Shown here one piece after another: positions 13,601 through 25,200 of a stretch of 64,000 bases of DNA. A program made the position numbers and the translations under genes. Under the pieces are notes generated by a model, which was not told the origin of the DNA, ran no database searches, and saw nothing but the letters and a program-made list of their open reading frames with translations. This stretch comes from Gekko japonicus (Eukaryota): the NCBI RefSeq assembly GCF_001447785.1, contig NW_015168090.1, positions 688,720 through 752,719 on the forward strand, in the 5' to 3' direction. How positions within the stretch are numbered: position 1 is the first letter of the stretch; every line of letters begins with the position of its first letter.

Positions 13601-16600
13601 AGACTGCAACCCCTTGGGCCCACACCATGTCAGTTCTGGATCCTTCTGCACCATGCTTCGCCCATCACGATTAATATTAAAATAAACAAGAGACCAGTCT
13701 TCCAAACTGGAATTGGTTTAACAGTAGATTAGTCAACTAACAGATCAGCTAATGAATTCAGGATCCAATTTTTAAATCTGTGGCACCATGACATAAGAGG
13801 TGCAGTACTTTTTAAAAAGGCTATTTTGGTTTGTGAGTACTACTAAAATAAGGACAGAAACCAAAGCTTGAAGGCAGGAAATTTTGTGTTTGCCTAGCAA
13901 TTCTCACAATGGCCACTGAGGTCTCCTTTCTTAAAGCTACTGTTTCTATTACTGGGGGGGGGTTTATCATGTAGTGTATTTTTTTCAGATTTTTCTGCAA
14001 ACATGGGGCTTTTTCAGGTTTGTAAAAAGATCTGTCTTGTCTGTCTTGTCACAGCCCCAATCTCTAATTTTAATTATCTACAGATTTTGCCATATTGATA
14101 ATTAGATATACTGATGATTTTAAGTTCTCACTTTCTTCAACATCCCCCCAAATCTTACAGTAGAGTTCTAACAGCATGCAAATCTATCAATTAAGAGCAG
14201 AAACAGCAATTAAGACCATAAGAGAAGCCAATGTTGGATCAGGTCAATGGCCCATCCAATCCAAAAATACCAGGTGACATCAGGAGGGCCAGCAGTGGGG
14301 CCAGGACACCAGAAGCCCCCCCATTGTTTAACACACTGGCAGATTTAATTAAAGGTAATAATAATTATCCCCACCAATGCCCCCAATAGGTCATTTTTCC
14401 CTTTCATAATAATATGCAAAGAAATACACACCATTTCAAATTAATTTATACCTTTAGTTTTTGAGATGCAAATTAATTTTTATGTGAATTAGACATACAA
14501 CATCCAACAGCTCACTCACATGTACTGCTAATAAATTTCTCATCATAGAGGTTGTTGGAAAAGGTATTATTTCATCTTTTAAAACTCTTACTCTTGATTT
14601 TTTTAACATTATGGCAGTAAAATAACCTTCAGTGTTACCTAGAGAGACACATATACATGGGGAAAGGAACGGTCAGCAACAATTCTAATAAGAAATCACA
14701 CATAATAGAAGGCAGCCTTATTTATTTCATTTTAAGTATTTTAAAACATTTACGCACTTTTATTTTCTATCCACTCAAGACAATTAGTGCCTAAGAAAAT
14801 GACACAACCACTATGGTTCTCTCAAAACTCATCCTTTGGAGAGAGAAGGTGCTGCTGACTCAGGTAACAAAAAATAAAATAAAATGTTACAAATATATAT
14901 ATATATAGTAAGGCCAACGAAGTGCAGAGCTATTCAATGGGAAACTCCTGATTTCCAAAGTCTTTGAATGATATTCAGGACAGGAGTTCAGAGGTAAGGC
15001 TGAGAGAGACTGCGCAAGGTCCCCAATAAGTTTCCTCAGGTCTCCTCGGTCTTACTCCGACACCACACAGCCATACAAAAAGGTAGTGTTTTAATGATCA
15101 CAACTGCATCAGCACAGACACGAGGCCCCCCACTGTGAACTTCCAACAATTAGCATATCTCATTTTACCTGGAATAATTGTATAACTAACAGCTCTCTTC
15201 TGTAGATAGTTGAGATATGGAGGAATAACTTCCTGTAAAAATACCACATCTGGGCTGTACCTGAATGAGAAGAAGTAAAATACTGTAACATTAAGCAGTG
15301 GCTATGACTGCTTACAGTGAGGTAGTCCCAATGATTGGGACCCACTGAACCAATAGTGCAGCGTTACGGCCTTCTAAGTCGAGTGAAGTCAATGGGCTTC
15401 AAAGGCCGTAACATCACTTAGGATTGTACCAGATGTTTTAACAAAATGATAGACTTCTCCTGTTTTAAAATAATCAGTGGGCTACTCATGTTCCCATAAA
15501 TTAGGAGTCACTGCAGTTCTCTTCTCCATTTGATCTCTGCAAAACAAAAATCCTTGTTTCAATCATTCCAAACTAAGATGTATCAGACTTCTCTGACCAG
15601 CAGTCTCCCTTTATATTTCATTTAAACATTTTTAACCTGCCCTTCCACCAAATTAAATTTTCAGGACACGTTAATAATGCATAAATCTCAAAGCAATGAG
15701 AAAACTGCAAGTAACAAAATATTCAACAATGTAAGCAGTAGCAGCCAGCATCACAATAAAGAAACAAGAATCAATCTTTTTTAAGTTTCATATTTAAAAA
15801 AAAATTAAATCAGCACTTTCAGAAAAGCAGCAGAAACAGTTGAGAGAGGTAATATAGCTCAATGCATGACTGGCAAGGAGTTAAGGTGTATGTTATAGCC
15901 CTAAACAGCATTGCAAAGCTATTCAGTTTGAACAGAAGAATTAAGGCACACAATAGGGAACATACCACACATATTTTATCAATAATGCAAGGTGACCCTA
16001 CCCCCTTATTATTCATGTGATTGTTCCAGTTTTGTTGCATTCCAAGAATATCACAGCGACTTACTGACAGTGTATTGTTGGTAAACTGCTATGATATTCT
16101 CTAAGAAGGAAAAGGAGGAAGATCCTGCGGGCTTGTTGCAACAGACTAGCAGCAGCAGCTAAGGTTCATCTAGGCTGACTTTCCCTCTCCTATATCTACA
16201 ACTATTTAACTTGAGCAAGGCCAGAGGAGTGAGCCCACAGGCTTTTGACCCTTAGCTTGGGGTTTGCAGCCTCGGACCCGTGAAGCTCAGCAGGCCAGAC
16301 ATAGACCACTTTTGTGTGTGTGAGAATTTTTGTTTAAGCTGCTTTGGGTCTCTCCAAGAAGAAAGCCAATCTAAAATGGTTCAGACCAAATAAACCAATA
16401 TTGTTACTATTGGTTCAAACAAAATTTAACTACCAACAAAAGTGTGGCAGAGGAACAGGGATAATAACATCTAGTTTAATTACATCTTATGTTAATTAAA
16501 TATCAACAGATTCAAATCTTTTCCGGGTTAAAATTTCTTTATCTACAGGTGCGGCACAATTATTATCAACAAATCCTCATGCTTGGTCTTTAAGAAAAGC

Positions 16601-18690
16601 ACATGGAAGATAGGCGGATTTTCCAGGCGCGATCACAGTGCCACATCTGGGAAGTGTAGCGCTCCCGTGGCGAACCCAAGGCTTCCCGCCGAAGATGCGG
16701 GGTAAAAAACTAGTACCTCCGAGGTACTAGTTTCCGGAAACCGCAGGGCAAGGGCGGGCGCCTGATCGCGTTTCCGGTGGTAGGTCGTGGCATCCAGCAC
16801 CCCCCCATGTCCCGTCGCTAAAAGGTTTTTTCCCCCAAGTCTCCACGGGATGTGCACAAGCACCCAACGGCGCATGCGCACACTTCGTTTAAAAACAAAC
16901 ACCACAGCCCCCTCCTCTTTTCCGTACCCCCCCCCCTGGCTCAGCCGGCTCGAGAGGAACTCTCTGCACCGGGTGGCAGAGGGGGAAGTGCAGGGGGGGG
17001 GGTGGCGGGAGGACGTCCTGGCTAAAGCTCCTCCTGGAGGGGACCCGACGGAGGACACAGTTTGCATTCCTCTGCAGCCCTGGAAGGGGTTAAACCCGCG
17101 GAGCCTTTTGCTAGAGAGGCTGCTTCTTTGCCGAGCCAATCGGCACCTCCCCCCTAACCACAGGACCTCTACGGGACATCTGATTGCGCAGCCCCGCGTT
17201 ATTTTGCTCCAGGGCAAACAGCCACGCTTCCCCCCCCCCCTGCGCATTTTCCTGTCTGTGTGACCGGGGCCGAAGTATGTTTATTGTTAAGCATCCCAGT
17301 GATTTTTAACAGAAACAGCCTAGTTAAGTCTTCATAGAATTGGTGGTGAAGGTACTTACAAAGCTATATAGGAGCAGACTCCTCGTGCCCTTTCTTGCAG
17401 ATTGCTCGAATCCAGGCCATCGATGTTCCAAGTAATTAAAGAAAGTGTGCTAGCATCCTCTTGCAGGCCAAGTCCAGCCTCTTTCACAGGGGCTACTGCA
17501 CTACTGCCACTCGGGCTATCTGTCAGGTCAACACTAGAAAACATACACAAGAAAATACTTTGATAGAGAAAAGTTGCTAAACAAAGTAGCACATGTTCAT
17601 CTTATACAGAAAAAATATTTTGGAGGAGCCCAGGCCAATACAAATCACTGTATCAGTGTTCGCTAAACTGACACCGGGTGGGGGTGGGGGGTGAAAGTCA
17701 AAGTAATAGGTCACTGCAGCTGACCCGCTCCATGGAGACTTTGGCTCACTTATTTCTCTGGTTAACTCCAGATAAGAAATAGAAAGTGCAAGCAATATGA
17801 GAACTCTGTGCATTAGCTTACGAACAAAAGTCACTGTAGATTCAAGATAAAGGAAAGCAGACAGCACTGATCACAGCCTACCAAACAGAACAAACCAAAA
17901 AGAGAGGATTATGTGTATGGAGCATTGCCTATGAAAATAATGGTTAAGATGATGGGCTAGTTTCTATGACTCCCTTCTGTCAAAATCTGTGAAAAGGCAC
18001 ATGGGAAGCCCAAGAGAGTTTGGGCAAAGGAAGGGGCAAAGAATGGTATTTGGAAAGCAAAGTGTGGCATGCTACCCTGAGGCTTTTACCATGCATGCCC
18101 CCCCCCCATACTGCACCTACAGCAAAAAGAAAAAAGAAAAGAAAGGAACCAACGTAATATCGCTTCATCCCAATCAACAAACCCTTGCATTTCTGCATAC
18201 CTACATTGGTATCAAGGTAATGCATTTGCGTATACATCAACATCAGGACTAATTTTTTTTCACCATGTTCTTTTCCAGAGCTATAGACTAGAGACGCCAC
18301 ACAAACTACTTACAAGGTCTCCGTTACTGGAGGCACCTGGGGTATCCTGTCCACATATTGCTCATCGAGGGGTGGTTCAAAATAAGAATTCAGCGCCCTC
18401 TGAAAAGCAAAGGCAAACAGGTGGGCTCGTGTTGAGGCGCCAGAATCCTGAAATCATCTTCCACAATTTATCACGTCAGAGCATACTTGCATATCCCAGT
18501 CGTTCTCTGCCAGGTAGCACTGAGCCACAGCCACATCACTGCTGGTGACAGAGGCAAAGTCCGTGCAGAGGCGCTGCCGCTGCTTTTCCAGCTCCTCCTC
18601 CCGCTTTTGTTCTTCCTCCTCCTGAGGTGACCATTGCGGCTCCTGCAGGGGCTCCTGCTCTACCCCTGAAGCAACGCCGCTCACTTCCAT
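10381..18690 (-). CDS. TDP2: Tyrosyl-DNA phosphodiesterase 2, spliced CDS (7 exons, 375 aa)
   Basis: Exons 18487-18690, 18314-18399, 17360-17533, 15169-15260, 14520-14638, 13275-13445 and 10381-10662 sum to 1128 nt, all GT-AG. UBA-like N-terminus (AQCYLAENDWDMQRALNSYF). EEP catalytic motifs TWNIDG, FLQE, SHLES, GDTN and SDHWG. Confidence 0.97.
11061..11267 (+). mobile_element. Non-autonomous hAT DNA transposon (MITE)
   Basis: TIR cagtgttccctctaagctg / cagcttagagggagcattg; 8-bp TSD cctccaac/cctcaaac. Confidence 0.88.
11522..12360 (-). mobile_element. RTE-X-like LINE 3' fragment (C-terminal Zn-knuckle, (TGAT)n tail)
   Basis: ORFs 11656-12141 and 12020-12298 give RARFDTFPS...CSC...ETLPHILFHC. 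A tcaatcaatc microsatellite at 11522-11541 marks the 3' tail. Confidence 0.75.
12850..13034 (+). mobile_element. Squam3-like tRNA-derived SINE
   Basis: gagagccagtttggtatagtagttaag (box A), ggtttgattcccc (box B) and tataaatccaac(tct)n tail. Confidence 0.8.
13275..13445 (-). CDS. TDP2: TDP2 exon 6 (MTSHLES...FGGDTNLRDKE)
   Basis: aacag acceptor, gttaac donor, 171 nt. Confidence 0.96.
14217..14328 (-). mobile_element. CR1 LINE 3' UTR fragment
   Basis: Matches the reverse complement of the 3' UTR of the CR1 at 23380-23560. Confidence 0.75.
14520..14638 (-). CDS. TDP2: TDP2 exon 5 (GYFTAIMLKKSRV...MMRNLL)
   Basis: ctctag acceptor, gtgagt donor, 119 nt. Confidence 0.96.
15169..15260 (-). CDS. 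TDP2: TDP2 exon 4 (YSPDVVFLQEVIPPY...)
   Basis: cattcag acceptor, gtaaaa donor, 92 nt. Confidence 0.96.
16612..17271 (-). mobile_element. GC-rich palindromic MITE-like DNA element (PIF/Harbinger-like terminus), one end missing
   Basis: Ends in tgaccggggcc. About 190 bp are homologous, in inverse orientation, to 55040-55230. Internal 13-bp-arm palindrome at 16707-16733. Confidence 0.7.
17360..17533 (-). CDS. TDP2: TDP2 exon 3 (VDLT...TWNIDGLD...CSYIA)
   Basis: tttctag acceptor, gtaagt donor, 174 nt. Confidence 0.96.
18314..18399 (-). CDS. TDP2: TDP2 exon 2 (RALNSYFEPP...)
   Basis: ttttcag acceptor, gtaagt donor, 86 nt. Confidence 0.95.
18487..18690 (-). CDS. TDP2: TDP2 coding exon 1 (MEVSG...NDWDMQ)
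   Basis: ATG at 18690; donor CAA|gtatgc. Confidence 0.9.
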
Positions 18691-19160
18691 TTCTCTAGCA
18701 GCTCGCACGGACTATCCCAGAGGCAACGCCCTTGCCAGAAGGCACCCGCGCTGAGCGCCAGGACGACGACGACGACACGGTGCAGCTGGGTCACCACTAC
18801 TGCTAAGGCGCTAGGGCAACGCGATAGGAGCATGCGACGTTCTCACGGACGTGGCTTTCGGTATCGCGCCATACTCCGCGCCAGCAAGTGATGTCATCAC
18901 CGGCAGCCGCCACGTGCGCCCGCTTGGTCTCCCAGTCACTCTATGCGCGTGCGCAGTAGTATTGCGGTGACCTCGCTGGTTAGGTCGAGGCTGTCCGGGC
19001 GCCGCGTCCGTCTTCCCCTCCGGCGGTGCCTCGCTGTGCAGGCAGCTGCTGCTGGCCTTTGGCGCGGCTAAGCGAAAAGGGGCTGTTCGTGGCCGGTGCT
19101 CGGCGATTGCCGCGGGCTCTCCTCCCTGTTCAGCCGCGGGCGTTGAGGAAAGCCCCAGTC
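18691..19160. promoter_or_regulatory. Bidirectional CpG-island promoter of TDP2 and ACOT13
   Basis: Divergent ATGs 470 bp apart and CpG-rich sequence. E-box CACGTG 18911-18916, NRF1-like TGCGCGTGCGCA 18944-18955, RFX-like ctagggcaac ~18811. Confidence 0.85.
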
Positions 19161-19244
19161 ATGAGCCACCTAACGGTGCAGTCCCTCCGCCAGGTGATGA
19201 AATCCCTCCTGGACTCGCCGGGCTTTGACCGGGTGGTCAGCAAG
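19161..19244 (+). CDS. ACOT13: ACOT13 exon 1 (MSHLTVQSLRQVMKSLLDSPGFDRVVSK)
   Basis: ATG at 19161; donor AAG|gtaata. Confidence 0.92.
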
Positions 19245-22200
19245 GTAATAAAGATGGGAACGCGCTCTTGGCATACCTAGGTGACCTTGACTGGGCCTGC
19301 AAAGGTCTGCGGAGGAACGGCCTCGAAAGCCCTTCTGGTTGCTTGGACGGTGCTGCGCAGAACGCTCTCGTGGAAGGCTTCGGGATTCCGCCAGGATACA
19401 CGAACTGTGCCTTGCAGGGATGGCCGCTTCTCCACGCGACCTTCGCAGGTGTCTGGGTGCTTAAGGCTCTGCCCAGGTGGCCGCATAAGTCTGCAGCCCA
19501 GTTGGCAGCCAGGGAGCAGCTGCTCCATTCAGTGTCATCATCAAGGTCGGTCCTCCTCCGCCAGGTGATCCCGTGCCTTTTAAATGGTGGCACCTACTTT
19601 GTGAATTGGCCTGATGGAGGAGACCCACAGGCACCTTTCCTCCCTAAATTCCAGAAACTGCACCTCTCTTTTGGAGGCCTTTTGTCTTGGGGGGGGGGGG
19701 ATCTGAAGATTGTGGATTGCTCAATTTTATTTATTCTCTTTATACTTTTTGCAACCAGAGTCATAAACAGCAGATCCTCATCCCACAATTGTGGAATTTA
19801 TTAGCAAGTGGAATTTATTTGGGCAATGATGGCCTGCTGATTGTTGCTGAATTTTAATCTTTTAGTGCATTTAAAATATTCCTGCCCTGCCTTATCTGGC
19901 TGAACAGTGCAACTAAGCTGCAAGAACATAAATTATTTTTTTCCCAATTTATTGATCGCTCAATCTTTGCAGAGCTGCCACTCTGAGCGATTTACAGTTA
20001 CTCATGTGTTGACATGGGACTAACAATGATGGGGGTAAGGGAGGACAACATATATCATTTTTAATCACACACACTTCGCAGTCGACAGGGAGTTTGATCA
20101 GCTGTAAGCATCAGATGTGTTCCGGCAGCATTTGGTGTCACTTGATGACATCAGCATTTTTCTCAGTTGCAGCGCACCACTGCCACTGTCTGGCCGGAAT
20201 GGCCCATTGGAGGTTTTTCTTTGATGCTGCGTAGATCTCTCTCAGCTTTTCATCTTGCCCGTGGACCTTCCGTTGGTCGGCTAACACTTCCCACCAGGGG
20301 GGTTAAGTGTGTCCACCCTCTCTAAGGAGTGGTACCCATTTTATCTACTCGCCGAAGCTTTCGAACCGCTGGGTGGACGACGAGCTGGGGACATGGCTGG
20401 TAGCTCACACCAGTGCGGGGCTCGAACTGACAGCAGTCCTGTTCAGCTCAGATGTTTAACCAGAGGATAAATCCCCTGTGCCACCGATCATCCAATAAGA
20501 AAATTAAAACATTAAAATGCACAACTAATACATTTAGAAGCACTCAAGTCTTAAAACATGCAATTAACAAACTCACAGTTCAGTCAATTAAATAAGTCAT
20601 CCTCCACCAAATGCTCTGATTTTTTGAGGAAAATCAGTGGGACACGGTGATTCCCGGTTATATATTTTATATCGGAAGGATAGTGGGGGAAGGGTTGGAG
20701 GTGGGGTGGCTCTGTATGTCAGAGAGGGTATAAAGTCTAGAAAGATTGAGAGGCTAAGTGAAGTGGATTCGCTTCTGGAAGTTCTATGGGTTGAAATAGG
20801 GGGGCCAAAAGGAAACTTAACACTGGGAGTTTGTTATCGCCCACCAGATCAAAAGATAGAGGAGGATTATAAAATGATGAATGCCTTAAAGATAGCAACT
20901 AGACAAAAACACTGTGTAATAATAGGTGATTTTAACTACCCACACATTGATTGGGTCAATATGTGTTCTAGCCGGGAAAAAGAGATTGAGTTTCTAGACA
21001 CTCTAAATGACTGTGCTATGGAGCAGATGGTCACAGAACCTACCAGGGGAGAGGCGATCCTTGATTTGGTCCTAAGTAACACTCAAGACCTGGTGAGAGA
21101 TGTAAAAGTGATTGCACCGCTTGGAAACAGTGATCATAATGTTGTTGAGTTCATCATTTGTACAAATAGAGAATTGGCCAAAAAGACTCACACAACCATT
21201 TTTAACTTTAAAAGGGGTAATTTCTCTGATATGAGGGGACACGTGGGGAGGAAACTGAAAGGAAAAGTAGAAAGGGTCAAAACAATTGGGGAAGCTTGGG
21301 ATCTATTTAAAACTACGATCCTAGAAGCTCAAAAAATATATATTCCGCAGGTTAGGAAAGGCACAAACAGGTATAGGAAAAAGCCTGCATGGTTAACAAA
21401 CAGAGTAATGGAGGCTGTAAAAAGTAAAAAGAATTCCTTTAAGCAGTGGAAAGCTAGTCACAGTGAGGCTGATAAAACGGAACACAGGCTATGGCAAATA
21501 AAATGCAAGTCTGAGGTCAGGCAGGCAAAAAGGGAATATGAGGAGCATATAGCAAAAAACGTAAAAACCAACAATAAAACTTTCTTCAAATACATTAGAA
21601 ACAGGAAACCAGCCAGGGAGGCAGTGGGGCCCTTGGACGACCAAGGGGTAAAAGGAGTATTGAAGGATGATAGGGAAATGGCTGAGAAGCTAAATGCATT
21701 TTTTGCCTCCGTCTTCACTGTGGAAGATGAGAAGTGCTTGCCCACTCCAGAACCACTGATTTCAGGAGGGGTGTTGGAAGACCTGAGTCAGATTGAGGTG
21801 ATGAGAGAGGAGGTCCTAAAACTGATAGACAACTTAAAAACTGAAAAATCACCAGGCCCAGATGGCATACATCCGAGAGTTCTGAAAGAACTCAAATGTG
21901 AACTTGTAGATCTCCTGACAAAGATATGTAATCTTTCCTTAAAATCTGCCTCCATTCCTGAGGATTGGAAGGTAGCTAATGTCACTCCCATCTTTAAAAA
22001 GGGTTCCAGAGGAGATCCGGGAAATTACAGGCCAGTCAGTCTGACGTCGATACCGGGTAAATTGGTGGAAACCATTATTAAGGAAAGAATTAGTAGGCAC
22101 ATAGATGAACAAAACCTATTGAGGCAGACTCAGCACGGTTTCTGTAAGGGAAGATCTTGTCTCACTAACCTGTTAGTGTTCTTTGAGGGGGTGAACAAAC

Positions 22201-25200
22201 ATGTGGACAAGGGGGATCCAATAGATATTATTTACCTTGACTTCCAGAAAGCTTTTGATAAAGTTCCTCATCAAAGGCTCCTAAGTAAGCTCAAAAATCA
22301 TGGGATAGAAGGACAAGTCCTTTTATGGATCAAAAACTGGCTAGTTCATAGAAAACAGAGAGTGAGTGTAGGTGGGCAATTTTCTCAGTGGAGGGTGGTA
22401 AGCAGTGGGGTACCGCAGGGATCAGTACTTGGTCCACTGCTTTTTAACTTGTTCATTAATGATTTGGAGATGGGAGTAAGCAGTGAAGTGGCTAAATTTG
22501 CGGATGATACAAAGTTGTTCAGGGTGGTGAAAACCAGTGAGGATTGTGAGGCACTCCAAGGGGATCTGTCAAGGATGGGCGAGTGGGCGTCAACATGGCA
22601 AATGGGGTTCAATGTGGCCAAGTGCAAGGTGATGCACATTGGAGCCAAAAATCCTAAATATAAATACACATTGATGGGGTCTGAACTGGCAGAGACTGAT
22701 CAAGAGAGAGATCTTGGAGTTGTAGTGGATAACTCACTGAAAATGTCGAGACAGTGTGTGACTGCAATAAAGAAGGCCAATGCTATGCTGGGGATTATTA
22801 GGAAGGGTATTGAAAACAGATCAGCCAATATCATAATGCCCCTATATAAATCAATGGTGAGACCTCATTTGGAATACTGTGTGCAGTTCTGGGCACCACA
22901 CCTTAAAAAGGATATTATAGCTTTGGAAAAAGTGCAGAAAAGGGCAACTCGAATGATAAAAGGGTTGGAACACTTTCCCTATGAGGAAAGGTTAAAGCAC
23001 TTAGGGCTCTTTAGCTTGGAGAAAAGACGACTAAGGGGTGACATGATCGAGGTTTATAAGATTATGCATGGGAAAGAGCAGGTAAAGAAAGAGGTACTTT
23101 TCTCCCTTTCTCACAATACAAGAACTCGTGGGCACTCCATGAAACTGCAGAGCGGTCGGGTTAGAACGGATAAAAGGAAGTACTTCTTCACCCAAAGAGT
23201 GATTAACACATGGAATTCACTGCCACAGGAAGTGGTGGCGGCTACAATCATGGACGGCTTCAAAAGGGAATTAGATAAGCATATGGAACAGAGGTCCATC
23301 AGTGGATATTAGCCACAAGGTATAGATAGGGGCTCTGGGGCAAGTGATGCTCTGTCTTCTTGGTGCTTGGGGGGGTCAACAGTGGGAGGGCTTCTAATGT
23401 CCTGGCCCCACTGCTGGACCTCCTGATGGCACTGGTATTTCTGGCCACTGTGTGACACAGAGTGTTCTGATGGCACCTGGTATTTTTGGCCACTGTGTGA
23501 CACAGAGTGTTGGACTGGATGGGCCTTTGGCCTGATCCAACACTGGCGTCTCTTATGTTCTTATGTTCTCTCAGGGACAAGACTGCCTTCCTAAACGAAG
23601 CATGGGAAACCACTCTCCAAATAACACCCTGCCATGAAAAAGCCCATGATCCTGCTGTGTCCTAAGGGAGGGCACCTTAAGGAGAAGGCTGCCTGCAGAA
23701 TGTAACTGGTGCAGGGGACTATACTGGGAGATGCAGTGTATGAGGATCTTAGGCCATGAAGGATTGTTGTGTTATACTTTACTGTGAATTGTTTTGTACG
23801 TAGCAGGGAAGCGGTGTATCATTTTTAGTGAATTGTTTTGTACGTAGCAGGGAAGCAAATAGATACAAATAGATACAAATAAACACATTGGCAAGGAAGT
23901 ACATCCTGCTGATTCCCCCCCAAGTGTTAGAATCACTGCTGCTCAATGAAAATTTGCTCGGTTGTTGTGATGGGTTGTGTGTAAGCATCAAAACCATCAG
24001 TGCTATACTGAAGGTGTTCTATTCAATGCTCCCTCCAAGCTATGGAGTCCTGTGAGCAAAAATTCTACGTTGTGAGCTACTGGCATTAAAGTTGTGAGCA
24101 GGTGATTTGGTTACTGCAAAACTTAGTTTTCTCTGGAGCCATCCTTTCTAAGGTAAGACAAAAATGTGTGAGCCGGAGGCTAAAAAACTGTGAGCTAGCT
24201 CACACTAACTCAGCTTAGAGGGAACACTGCTTCTATTATATTAATGCATTATTACTGTACTACCCTTCTTCTAAGGAGCTCAGGGCAGTATACATACTCT
24301 ACCCCTCCTCTGCTTCCCAGTTTTATAATGCCAGCAGTCCTGTTAGGGTATGTTGCAAAAGACCAATTGGTCCAAGATAACCTAGTGGGCATTGTGACTG
24401 AATAGGGATTTGAACTGCTGCGATGTAGTTGGTTAGGAGCATAGTGATCCAGGTTCTGGTTTCCACTCTGTCAGGAAGCTCCCTGGGTGTCCTTGGGCCA
24501 ATCATTACCACTCAACCTAACAGAGTTATCCTGAGCTCCTTGGATGAAGGGTGGGATTAAAATAGAAAAGTAAATAAGTCCAATAGTATACTGCTATATT
24601 TGAATATTATTTTGAGCATTCAGAGTACATTATCTTAGAAAATATGAGGTGCAGGGACAAAGGACCCTCACTACCACTTCCAAATCTCTCTAAATACCCT
24701 TTTCTTTTGGATTTATTTTTCTAAAGAATTTGGGAAGAAATTAATTTTACTCCTTTCCTAGAGCCTTTATATTAATCACTTGTTCTTTCTCCCCATTCTG
24801 TGAAGGACTGCCAACTTTGTTGTTGTAGAAGTGCATCCTATTTACCAATTTACTGTAGCTTGCTATTTGCTTTTTACCAAAAAGGAATGCACATTTGTTT
24901 ACATTTGAAATATGCATGGAGCTCTGCTCCCTTAACTAATGACGTATTTCCAGGGTATAGCTGTGAACTCACATCTGCTTACATCATACAAACAATAAAC
25001 GCTAAGCCTTTTTTTATTTTCAAGTTTCACTACTGTTACGTTATATTTGTGACATTTTTTTTAAAAAAAATCTTTGCTTCCTTGGAGTCCTGTTGCCAGG
25101 CAGCAAAGAGGCAAATAAATATTTTAAATTTCAGCTAGATGATATACAGAAAACCGAGGCTTGACAGAAAAGGTGATTTCTGTTCTCTTCTGTCTTTGCT

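Noticed and set aside
16633-17263. 204-aa and 158-aa ORFs in TDP2 intron 3
   Set aside because: By-products of the GC-rich MITE; no recognisable domain.
17534-17592. In-frame extension of TDP2 exon 3 into intron 2 as a mitochondrial-type short isoform
   Set aside because: The only in-frame ATG (17544) adds 4 residues and a stop lies shortly upstream; no targeting peptide is visible.
19237-19804. 118-178-aa ORFs after ACOT13 exon 1
   Set aside because: GC-rich intron 1 flank of the CpG island, past a clear splice donor; no homology recognised.
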